64,000 nt of DNA, taken from positions 135,776 through 199,775 of the forward strand of contig DATLIZ010000041.1 in the NCBI GenBank assembly GCA_035539155.1. The letters run 5' to 3'. The stretch's first letter is position 1, and each line of letters opens with the position of its first letter. The notes under the pieces were generated by a model. The model saw nothing but the letters and a program-made list of their open reading frames with translations, was not told the DNA's origin and did not search any database. The translations under genes and the position numbers were made by a program. Positions 19,995-28,256 of this stretch are shown here, piece by piece. Source of the stretch: Aliidongia sp. Lineage in GTDB: Bacteria; Pseudomonadota; Alphaproteobacteria; ATCC43930; CGMCC-115725.

Positions 19995-21123
19995 TCAGTC
20001 CAGATCCTCGACCTCGCCGGCCACACCCTTGATGCGGGCGGCGAGCGAGGCTTCGAGGAACTGGTCGATATTGCCGTCCAGCACCGCGCCGGAATTGCCG
20101 GTCTCGACCCCGGTACGCAGATCCTTGACCATCTGGTAGGGCTGCAACACGTAGGACCGGATCTGGTGCCCCCAGCCGATCTCGGTCTTGGTCGAGTTCA
20201 GCGCATCGGCCGCGGCCTCGCGCTTCTCCAGCTCCTGCTCGTAGAGGCGCGCGCGCAGCATGTCCCAGGCGATCGCCCGGTTGCGGTGCTGCGAACGGTC
20301 CTGCTGGCTGGAGACGACGATGCCGGTCGGGATGTGCGTGATGCGCACGGCCGAATCGGTCTTGTTGATGTGCTGGCCGCCGGCGCCGGATGCGCGGTAA
20401 GTGTCGATCCGGCAGTCCTTTTCCTGGATGTCGATCTCGATCTTGTCGTCGATGACCGGATAGACCCAGGCCGAGGCGAAGCTCGTATGCCGGCGCGCCT
20501 GGCTGTCGAAGGGCGAGATGCGCACCAGCCGGTGCACGCCGCTCTCGGTCTTGAGCCAGCCATAGGCGTTGGCGCCGATGACCTTGATGGTCGCGGATTT
20601 GAGCCCGGCCTCTTCGCCCTCGCTCTCTTCCAGCCATTCGGTCTTGTAGCCATGCTGCTCGGCCCAGCGCAGATACATGCGCGTCAGGATCAGCGCCCAA
20701 TCCTGCGCCTCGGTCCCCCCGGCGCCGGCATGGATCTCGAGATAGCAGTCATTGGCGTCGGCCTCGCCCGATAGCAGGCTCTCGAGCTCGCGCTTATGCA
20801 CATCGATCTTGAGCGCTTCGAGCTGCGCCTCGGCCTCGGCGATCATGGCCTGATCGCCCTCGGCATCCGCGAGCTCGATCAGCCCCAGCGCATCGTCGAG
20901 CTCGCGCTCGATCTTGCGGTAGCCGCTGATGGCGTTGTCGAGCCGCGTGCGCTCGCGCATCACCGATTGAGCGGCGGCGGCATCGTTCCAGAGATTGGGG
21001 TCTTCGGCCTTGGCGTTCAGTTCATCGAGGCGACGGAGAGATGTTTCCCAGTCAAAGATGCCTCCTCAGCAGCACCAACGACTCACGAATGTCGTCGGCG
21101 ACCGCCTGCGTTTCAGCACGCAT
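19995..21123 (-). CDS. prfB: peptide chain release factor 2, with programmed +1 ribosomal frameshift (segments complement 21055..21123 and complement 19995..21053)
   Basis: The main ORF has the RF2 motifs (SPF tripeptide region, [16 protein letters not shown]). A 24-codon leader ORF ([23 protein letters not shown]) ends at the CTT TGA C shift site (rc of 21051-21057), with AGGAGG three nt upstream. The +1 frame continues ...[12 protein letters not shown] into the main ORF. Confidence 0.9.
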
Positions 21124-21154
21124 CGCTTGATCCTTCCAGAATGGTCGTCCGGGT

Positions 21155-23740
21155 TTAATACAATCCGGTCGTCCCGGTCGAGCTTGTCGGTGGCGGCGGT
21201 GCCGGCACCCGCGTGCCGACCGGTGGCGGCGGGGCCGTGCCGGGCGGCACCAGCACGCCGGCACCGTAATCGTTGGTCGCCGCCGCCGGCTCCGCCTGGG
21301 CCGCCGCATCGTCCGGCGAGAGGGTCTCGACGCCCTGACCGCCATCGACGACCTCGTCCGAGGGCTCGGTGCCGGGCTTGAACGCTTCCCAAATGACGTT
21401 GCGGTCGCCCGGCTCGGCGAGCTTGCCGGTCACGGCGTTGACGCGCGCGAGGCGGATGCCGGGCGGAATGCGGAAATCGGTGGGCGGCTTGCCGTCGAGC
21501 GCGTCGCCCATGAACTCGGCGAAGATCGGCGCCGCGGTATGGGCGCCCTCCTCGGTCCGGCCAAGCTCGCGCGGTTGGTCGAATCCCACATAGACGCCGA
21601 CCACCAGATCGGGCGAGAAGCCCACGAACCAGGTGTCGTTCGGGCCGTTGGTGGTGCCGGTCTTGCCCGCGAGCGGCATATGCAGCTGCATGCCGACGCG
21701 GATGCCGGTGCCGCGCTGGATCACGCCTTCGAGAATATTGACCATCTGATAGGCGGTGCCGGGATCGAGCACCTGCTCGCGCGTGTCGGGCAGCTCGGGC
21801 ACCGTGCCCGGCGGCGTCCAATCGAAGTCGCCGCAGCGCGGGCACTCGCGCGTCTCGTGCTTGAACACGGTCTGGCCGTTGCGGTCCTGCACCCGGTCGA
21901 TCAGCGAGGGCGTGATCTTCTTGCCGCCATTGTCGAGCATGCCGTAGGCGGCGGTGAGGCGGAACAAGGTCGTCTCGCCGGCCCCCAGCACCATGGCCGG
22001 CAGCAACGGCATCTTGTCCATGACGCCCAAGCGCTCGATATAGGGCGCGATCTTGTCGATGCCGAGCGTGTTGGCCATGCGCACGGTCATGGTGTTGACC
22101 GAATGCTCGACCGCGAAGCGCAGCGTGTGCGGGCCGGTCAGATTGTTTTCACCCTCGGTATTCTTGGGCTCCCACAGCGGCAGGTCCGGCCCCTGATATA
22201 TCGCGACCGGATCGGCCAGGATGAGCGTCGAGGGCGTCATGCCGTTTTCCAGCGCCGCCAGATAGGCGAAAGGCTTGAAGGTCGAGCCGATCTGGCGCTT
22301 GGCTTGGGTCGCGCGATCGAACTGGCTGATGTCGTAGGACCAGCCGCCGACGATGGCGAGCACCCGGCCCGTATGCGGATCGAGCGCGATGAGCGCCCCC
22401 GACACGGCCGGGATCTGGCGCAGCGCATAGAGCGGCTGGGCCGAAGCTTCCTTCTTCGGCGGCTCGGCCTTGGCATCGGCGGCCTTCGCCGACACGGCCT
22501 CGACCAGCACGAGATCGCCGCGCTTCACCACCTGATCCGGCGATTTCGGCGTGGCGCCGACGCGCTGGTCTTCGAGCGTCGGCCGCGCCCAGCTCATCTC
22601 GGTCATCGGCAGGAAGCCGGTCTTGCCGTCGGCGAAGCCCAGATCGACGCCGTCGCCGCGCACCGTCCGCACCAGCGCCAGCTTCCAGGGCGCCGCCCCC
22701 GCCGGCACGGCGGCGCCCGCCACCGCCTTCTGCCAGTTGGCATCCTCGGCGCCGAGCTCTACATGGCCGACCGGGCCGCGCCAGCCATGGCGGCGGTCAT
22801 AGGCCGTGAGCCCGTCATGCATCGCTTTGTCGGCGATGGTCTGGAGCTGCGGCGACAGGCTGGTGCGCACCGACAGGCCGTTCTTGTAGACCGCATCCTC
22901 GCCGAAGCGCTGAATGAGCTCGCGCCGCACCTCCTCGGTGAAATAGGGCGCCGAATAGACCTCGGTCTCGTCGCGGCGCTTCAGCTGGATCGGCTCGGCG
23001 ATGGCGACCTTGGCCTCGGCCTCGGTGATGGCGCCAGTCTTGGCCATGCCGTCGATCACATAGTCGCGCCGGCCGCGCGTCGCCTCCGGATGGCGAATCG
23101 GGTCGTACTCGCCCGGCCCCTTGAGCACGCCCGCCAGCAGCGCCGCTTCCGAGATGCTGAGCTCGTCGAGCGACTTGTTGAAATAGTTGAGCGCCGCGGC
23201 GGCGATACCGTAGGCGCCGAGCCCGAAATAGTTCTCGTTGAGGTAGAGCTCAAGGATCCGATCCTTGGACAGCGCCTCTTCCATGCGCACGGCCAGGATC
23301 GCTTCCTTGATCTTGCGCGCGAAGGAATATTCGTTGCCGAGCAGGAAGTTCTTCGCGACCTGCTGGGTGATGGTGGAGGCGCCGACGCCGCGCTTACCGG
23401 CGGCGACGCGGAACACGTCCTGGACCATGGCGCGGGCGATGGCGACCGGATTGACGCCGCCATGATGGTAAAAATCGCGATCCTCGGCGGCGAGCACGGC
23501 CTGGATCATGCGCGGCGGCATCGCCTGGATCGGCACGAAGATGCGCTTCTGCGTCGCATATTCGGCGAGCAGCCTGCCGTCGCCGGCATGGACACGCGTC
23601 ATCGTCTCTGGCTGATAGCTTTCGAGCCGCTGAAAATCAGGCAGATCCTCGGCGTAATGCTCGAAGACGACATAGGCAGCACCTCCCCCCACCAGCAGCA
23701 GGGTGAGGAGCGTGATGAGCAGGGATCTGATGTGGCGCAT
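21155..23740 (-). CDS. mrcA: penicillin-binding protein 1A (bifunctional glycosyltransferase/transpeptidase)
   Basis: N-terminal TM helix, GT51 motifs (EDRDFYHHGGVN, GASTITQQVAKN), a transpeptidase domain with SxxK (STFKPF), and about 860 aa. Start taken at MRHIRSLL within ORF 21155..23815. Confidence 0.9.
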   Translation of the reverse strand: MRHIRSLLITLLTLLLVGGGAAYVVFEHYAEDLPDFQRLESYQPETMTRVHAGDGRLLAEYATQKRIFVPIQAMPPRMIQAVLAAEDRDFYHHGGVNPVAIARAMVQDVFRVAAGKRGVGASTITQQVAKNFLLGNEYSFARKIKEAILAVRMEEALSKDRILELYLNENYFGLGAYGIAAAALNYFNKSLDELSISEAALLAGVLKGPGEYDPIRHPEATRGRRDYVIDGMAKTGAITEAEAKVAIAEPIQLKRRDETEVYSAPYFTEEVRRELIQRFGEDAVYKNGLSVRTSLSPQLQTIADKAMHDGLTAYDRRHGWRGPVGHVELGAEDANWQKAVAGAAVPAGAAPWKLALVRTVRGDGVDLGFADGKTGFLPMTEMSWARPTLEDQRVGATPKSPDQVVKRGDLVLVEAVSAKAADAKAEPPKKEASAQPLYALRQIPAVSGALIALDPHTGRVLAIVGGWSYDISQFDRATQAKRQIGSTFKPFAYLAALENGMTPSTLILADPVAIYQGPDLPLWEPKNTEGENNLTGPHTLRFAVEHSVNTMTVRMANTLGIDKIAPYIERLGVMDKMPLLPAMVLGAGETTLFRLTAAYGMLDNGGKKITPSLIDRVQDRNGQTVFKHETRECPRCGDFDWTPPGTVPELPDTREQVLDPGTAYQMVNILEGVIQRGTGIRVGMQLHMPLAGKTGTTNGPNDTWFVGFSPDLVVGVYVGFDQPRELGRTEEGAHTAAPIFAEFMGDALDGKPPTDFRIPPGIRLARVNAVTGKLAEPGDRNVIWEAFKPGTEPSDEVVDGGQGVETLSPDDAAAQAEPAAATNDYGAGVLVPPGTAPPPPVGTRVPAPPPPTSSTGTTGLY

Positions 23741-23815
23741 GGACGGGCCAAGGCTCGTATGTAGGGGCAGGCGATCAGCAAACGCTGTCCTATGGACTCC
23801 CCTCCGCTTTGCCAA

Positions 23816-24257
23816 GCGGAAATAGGTAGCACCCGGACTGAAGGTTGCATCGTCGTCGGCGGCCTACAACCCCTTAGCGGCGTTTTTAGCAGGAACGCAT
23901 TAAAAGATTGTCGATCGCGGCATCGATGATTATTGTCAGCGCTGCGAAAATCATGGGTTGCCCGTTCGGCTTCGCGCCGGAGGGCGACGCCGCGCCGGGG
24001 TTTCCTGTCGCTCGCAGCCAATTGGCGCTGCAGCCGGACCCGGTGGGACGTTGATACCCGGCGATCGTTGATGAACCTCGAAGCCGAACTCGGATTCCCG
24101 GGTCGCGGTGGACTGACAGAGCCTTGCCATGATGACCCTTCGAGGTCGCCGTTCGGCAGGATGACCGCAGGTCCCGCAGGCTTCGCCCCAACTGGGAGCG
24201 TGCCGCTCCGCCGTTTTCGCGCGGCGTGATGCAAGGCGCGTTCCGGAGTAGTAGCGC
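23816..24257 (+). promoter_or_regulatory. long divergent intergenic region / presumed structured 5' UTR of rne (autoregulatory leader candidate)
   Basis: About 440 bp of non-coding sequence between the mrcA start and the rne start. RNase E genes classically carry long self-regulated leaders. The structure was not modelled. Confidence 0.4.
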
Positions 24258-27200
24258 ATGGCGCGACGCATGCTTATCGACGCGACCCATCCCGAGGAAA
24301 CCCGGGTCGTCGTCCTAAACGGCAACCGTCTCGACGAATTCGATTTCGAGACATCCACCAAGAAACAGATCAAGGGCAACATCTACCTTGCCAAGATCAC
24401 GCGGGTAGAACCTTCCTTGCAGGCCGCCTTCGTCGAATATGGCGGCAATCGCCACGGCTTCCTGGCATTCAGCGAAATCCATCCCGACTATTACCGCATC
24501 CCGGTCAGCGATCGCGAGGCGATGATGGCCGAGGAGCGCGCCGCCGAGGAGGCGGAGGAGCACGGCACCGAGGCGCCGGCCGATCGTCACGGCGATGCCG
24601 GGCACCCGACCGACGAGGTGCATTACGATTCGGTCGAGGATGCCGCCTTCGATGCTCACGATCATGGCGATCACGAGCATGGCGATCACGGTCACGAGCA
24701 TCACGACCACGTGCCGGGCACCGTCGAGGCGGCCCCCTACACGCCGGCGCAGCCGAGCGACGACGGGCTGAGCCCGGTCGCCCAATACGCACCGGCCGAG
24801 ACCACCGGCGACGAGCCGGCGACGCAATCCTCCGAAGCCGCGGGTGAGGCGCCGGAATCCGGCCACACCCAGATCGTCGACCTGCATGACGAGCCGGTGC
24901 CGGTCGAGACCGTCGGCGGCGATGAGTTCGAGGAGGCGCAGACGCGTCCGCGCGTCCGCCATTACCGCAACTACAAGATCCAGGAAGTCATCAAGCGCCG
25001 GCAGATCATCCTGGTGCAGGTGACCAAGGAAGAGCGCGGCAACAAGGGCGCCGCCCTCACCACATACCTGTCGCTGGCCGGCCGCTATTGCGTGCTGATG
25101 CCCAATGCCGGGCGTGGCGGCGGCGTCTCGCGCAAGATCACCAGTGCTGCCGATCGGCGCCGGCTCAAGGAGCTGATGGACGAGCTTGAGGTTCCGGACG
25201 GCATGGGCATCATCGTCCGCACCGCCGGCAGCGAGCGCTCCAAGGCCGAGATCAAACGCGACTATGAATATCTGCTGCGGCTTTGGGACGATATCCGCGA
25301 GCTGACCCTGCGTTCGTCCGCCCCCGCCCTCATTTATGAGGAGGGCAATCTGATCAAGCGGGCGATCCGCGATCTCTACAGCCGCGATATGGAAGAGATC
25401 CTGGTCGAAGGGGCGGAGGGTTATCGCACCGCCAAGGAATTCATGCGGATGCTGATGCCGAGCCATTCGGCGCGCGTGAAATCCTATCGCGACCCATCGA
25501 TCCCGCTGCTGCACCGCTTCCAGGTCGACAGCCAGATCGACCAGGTGCACAACCCGGTCGTCCAGCTCCGCTCGGGCGGCTACATCGTGATCAACCCGAC
25601 CGAGGCGCTGGTCTCGATCGACGTGAATTCGGGCCGCGCCACCAAAGAGCGCAATATCGAAGAGACCGCGACCAAGACCAACCTCGAAGCCGCTGAAGAG
25701 ATCGCGCGCCAGCTGCGGCTTCGCGACTTGGCCGGGCTGGTGGTGATCGATTTCATCGATATGGAGGAGGGTCGCAACCAGAAGGCCGTCGAAGGGCGCC
25801 TCAAGGACGCAATGAAGTCCGACCGCGCGCGCATTCAGCTCGGCCGGATCAGCGCTTTCGGCCTGCTGGAGCTGTCGCGCCAGCGCATGCGCTCCTCGCT
25901 GATCGAGGCCTCGACCCAGCCCTGCCCGCATTGCAACGGCACCGGCACGATCCGCTCGACCGAATCGACGGCGCTGGTGGTGCTTCGGGCGCTTGAGGAT
26001 GAAGGCATCCGCCGGCGCACGGCGGAGGTGGTCATCTATGTGCCGACCCAGATCGCGCTCTACTGCCTCAATCAGAAGCGCGACGCGCTGATCCAGATCG
26101 AGCAGCGTTACGGTTTCCGCGTCTCGGTCGCCGCCGATGATTCGCTGATCCCGCCGGCCTTCCGGCTCGACCGGCTGCGGGCGCTGACCCCGGCCGAACT
26201 CGCGGCATTGCCTGTGCCGGCGATGATCGAGATCGACGAGGAGGAAGAGGAGCCCGAGGAGTCCTTCGACGAGGAGGTCGAGGTCGCCGAGGGCGAGGAA
26301 CGCGCCGAGCATACAGGCGAGGCCGAGCGCGGCGAGAGCGACCAAAACCGGCGCAAGCGGCGCCGCCGGCGTCGGCGTCGGGGCGAAGGTGATGAGCCGC
26401 GTGAGGCTGATGCCTCGGGCGCAGCACCTGCAGAGGATGCGTCCGGCGAAGAGCCCGGGGAAGCCGAAGCCGACGAGGCCGGTGATGCCGACGAACAGGC
26501 GCCCGCGGCCGAGGCCGGTGAAACGGCCGAGGAAAGCGCCGAGCGCAAGCGCCGGCGGCGCGGCAAGCGCGGCGGCCGTCGGCGTCGCCGCGAGGAAGAG
26601 CAAGGCGTCACGGCCGAGCCGTTGCTTCCCGGCGAAGGGCCGCAGCCCGAATATGTCGAGGATTACCCTTCGGCGCTCGATTACGCCCGCGATGGCCGCG
26701 AGCATATCTTCGCCGAGCGGGTCGAGATGACCCCCGACCAGGCGCCGGCGGAGACCGCGCCTGCGATGGCCGCCGCGATCGAGGCGGCGGAAACCGCCGT
26801 CCCGGCCCTGCCGGAAACGACCGGCGAATCGGCCGCGCTCGTGGCCGAAGCCCCGACCGTCTCGGCCTCCTCACCGGAAGCTCCGCCGGCCGAGCCGGTC
26901 GCCGAGGCCGCCCCGAAGCGCAAGCGCACACCACGCAAGAAGGCCGCCGCCGCCGAAGCCGTGCCGACCGAGACGGTGGAAGCACCGCCGGCCGCCGAAA
27001 CCGCCGAGCCGACAGCCGAGGCCCCGCCCAAGCGCAAGCGCGCACCGCGGAAGAAGACAGCGGCGGCCGAGGCGGCCCCGGCGCCGGAGACGGTAGAGCC
27101 GACGGAAAGCGTCCCTGTGGCGAGCGCGCCGGTGCCCGACGCCCTACCCGCCCACGCCGAACCCGAACCAGCCTCGCCAGCACAGCCCAAGCCCGAGCCG

Positions 27201-27293
27201 GTTGCAGCCGTGCCTGCCGCCTCGGTCGAGACTGTGCCGTCGGAGTCAGACCGGCCGCGTAAGACCGGTTGGTGGAAACGGCTGATTTCCTGA
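24258..27293 (+). CDS. rne: ribonuclease E
   Basis: MARRMLIDATHPEETRVVVL N-terminus with an S1 domain and conserved catalytic-core motifs. The C-terminal half is Arg-rich and acidic low-complexity scaffold sequence. 1011 aa. Confidence 0.95.
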   Translation: MARRMLIDATHPEETRVVVLNGNRLDEFDFETSTKKQIKGNIYLAKITRVEPSLQAAFVEYGGNRHGFLAFSEIHPDYYRIPVSDREAMMAEERAAEEAEEHGTEAPADRHGDAGHPTDEVHYDSVEDAAFDAHDHGDHEHGDHGHEHHDHVPGTVEAAPYTPAQPSDDGLSPVAQYAPAETTGDEPATQSSEAAGEAPESGHTQIVDLHDEPVPVETVGGDEFEEAQTRPRVRHYRNYKIQEVIKRRQIILVQVTKEERGNKGAALTTYLSLAGRYCVLMPNAGRGGGVSRKITSAADRRRLKELMDELEVPDGMGIIVRTAGSERSKAEIKRDYEYLLRLWDDIRELTLRSSAPALIYEEGNLIKRAIRDLYSRDMEEILVEGAEGYRTAKEFMRMLMPSHSARVKSYRDPSIPLLHRFQVDSQIDQVHNPVVQLRSGGYIVINPTEALVSIDVNSGRATKERNIEETATKTNLEAAEEIARQLRLRDLAGLVVIDFIDMEEGRNQKAVEGRLKDAMKSDRARIQLGRISAFGLLELSRQRMRSSLIEASTQPCPHCNGTGTIRSTESTALVVLRALEDEGIRRRTAEVVIYVPTQIALYCLNQKRDALIQIEQRYGFRVSVAADDSLIPPAFRLDRLRALTPAELAALPVPAMIEIDEEEEEPEESFDEEVEVAEGEERAEHTGEAERGESDQNRRKRRRRRRRRGEGDEPREADASGAAPAEDASGEEPGEAEADEAGDADEQAPAAEAGETAEESAERKRRRRGKRGGRRRRREEEQGVTAEPLLPGEGPQPEYVEDYPSALDYARDGREHIFAERVEMTPDQAPAETAPAMAAAIEAAETAVPALPETTGESAALVAEAPTVSASSPEAPPAEPVAEAAPKRKRTPRKKAAAAEAVPTETVEAPPAAETAEPTAEAPPKRKRAPRKKTAAAEAAPAPETVEPTESVPVASAPVPDALPAHAEPEPASPAQPKPEPVAAVPAASVETVPSESDRPRKTGWWKRLIS
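26905..27075 (+). repeat. tandem ~114-bp duplication inside rne encoding two PKRKR(T/A)PRKK(A/T)AAAEA Arg-rich segments
   Basis: Direct repeat seen in both the protein and DNA sequence (AAPKRKRTPRKKAAAAEA ... APPKRKRAPRKKTAAAEA). Confidence 0.6.
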
Positions 27294-27323
27294 TCACATC
27301 GGCAACTCATTACTCGAATACGG

Positions 27324-27350
27324 AAAAGGCGCCCCTCCGGGCGCCTTTTC
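27324..27350 (+). terminator. rho-independent terminator downstream of rne
   Basis: GC hairpin aaggcgccc-ctcc-gggcgcctt followed by a TTTTCT run, 30 nt after the rne stop. Confidence 0.6.
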
Positions 27351-27646
27351 TCCGTCACGGCCCAATCGCCGCCGCGTAGCCTTGAGTGCCCGTGGGAGCT
27401 CACATGCTCCGCCGTGAAGTCACCCAGAATTCGTACCGCGGACGCTTGAGGGTGCAACCGGTCGATGAAATCCATTTGATGTTTATCCGTCCTTCCCAAC
27501 CTCAGACGACGAACAAAGACTACGTATAATTACGCAGTACAAATACGTATATTGCTGCCATACGCGATTTATTGCTATGATTTCGTACACCCGTATTCAA
27601 TACCGACCTCGGGATTTACTCAGAGGGGGTCCTTTTAGGAGGTCGG

Positions 27647-28216
27647 ATGGAAACGATGCATTGGCGGCTGCGCCACGCGACATCAGATCTGCACCGTTCG
27701 GTCGACCAGGCATTCGATGTCGAGGGCCTCGAATCCAGCTCTCTCGAATATTGCCGCAGGCTGGTGAAGCTTCACCAGATTTACACGCTCGTGGAAAATG
27801 CGCTGGACGCGGTCGACTGGGCGGATGCGGGGCTCGATCTGGCCCACCGTATAATGCGGGTCCGATGGATCGAGGAGGATCTCGCAAAGCTGGGCTGCAC
27901 GCCGGCGGCGGCGCTGGCCTTTCCGGCGCTGTGCCTCTCTTCGCTGGGCGAAGGGCTTGGCTGCCTCTACGTCATTGAAGGCTCCACGCTCGGCGGACGC
28001 GTCATCTATAAACGGGTGAAGGCTCGGCTGGGCTTCGATGCCGACCACGGCGCCCGCTATTTTTTCGGCTATGGTGCCGACACCGCCGAGATGTGGGCCT
28101 CCTTCATCGGCAAGCTCAACAGCTTTGGCGCGAACACCGCGATCGGTGCCGACGCCGAGATGGCCGCCCGCCGCGTGTTTCTTCTTTTCGAGCAAGCCTT
28201 CAGACCAGCGAACTGA
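27647..28216 (+). CDS. bphO: heme oxygenase (biliverdin-producing, BphO/HmuO type)
   Basis: 189-aa Heme_oxygenase-like protein with an AGGAGG RBS, immediately upstream of a bacteriophytochrome gene; this is the classic bphO-bphP operon arrangement. Confidence 0.75.
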   Translation: METMHWRLRHATSDLHRSVDQAFDVEGLESSSLEYCRRLVKLHQIYTLVENALDAVDWADAGLDLAHRIMRVRWIEEDLAKLGCTPAAALAFPALCLSSLGEGLGCLYVIEGSTLGGRVIYKRVKARLGFDADHGARYFFGYGADTAEMWASFIGKLNSFGANTAIGADAEMAARRVFLLFEQAFRPAN

Positions 28217-28256
28217 TGGCTCCGGCCACCACGCCCTGCCGAATCCCGAGGAGGCA

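Noticed and set aside
21539-23764. 741-aa ORF antisense to mrcA, plus similar long ORFs antisense to rne (24315..26705), tyrS (8003..9505), hppD/maiA (54241..56121), MFS/2-HADH (58833..60845) and esterase 2 (35085..36707)
   Set aside because: All lie opposite genes with strong homolog-level motifs. They have Arg/Pro/Ala-rich composition and no independent support, a standard high-GC reading-frame artefact.
28038-28256. Longer N-terminal extension of bphP (track ORF start 28038)
   Set aside because: The extension overlaps the bphO 3' end and is Pro/Ala/Ser-rich without PAS similarity. The MMGTISADG start has a GAGGAGG RBS and gives the canonical distance to the chromophore Cys.
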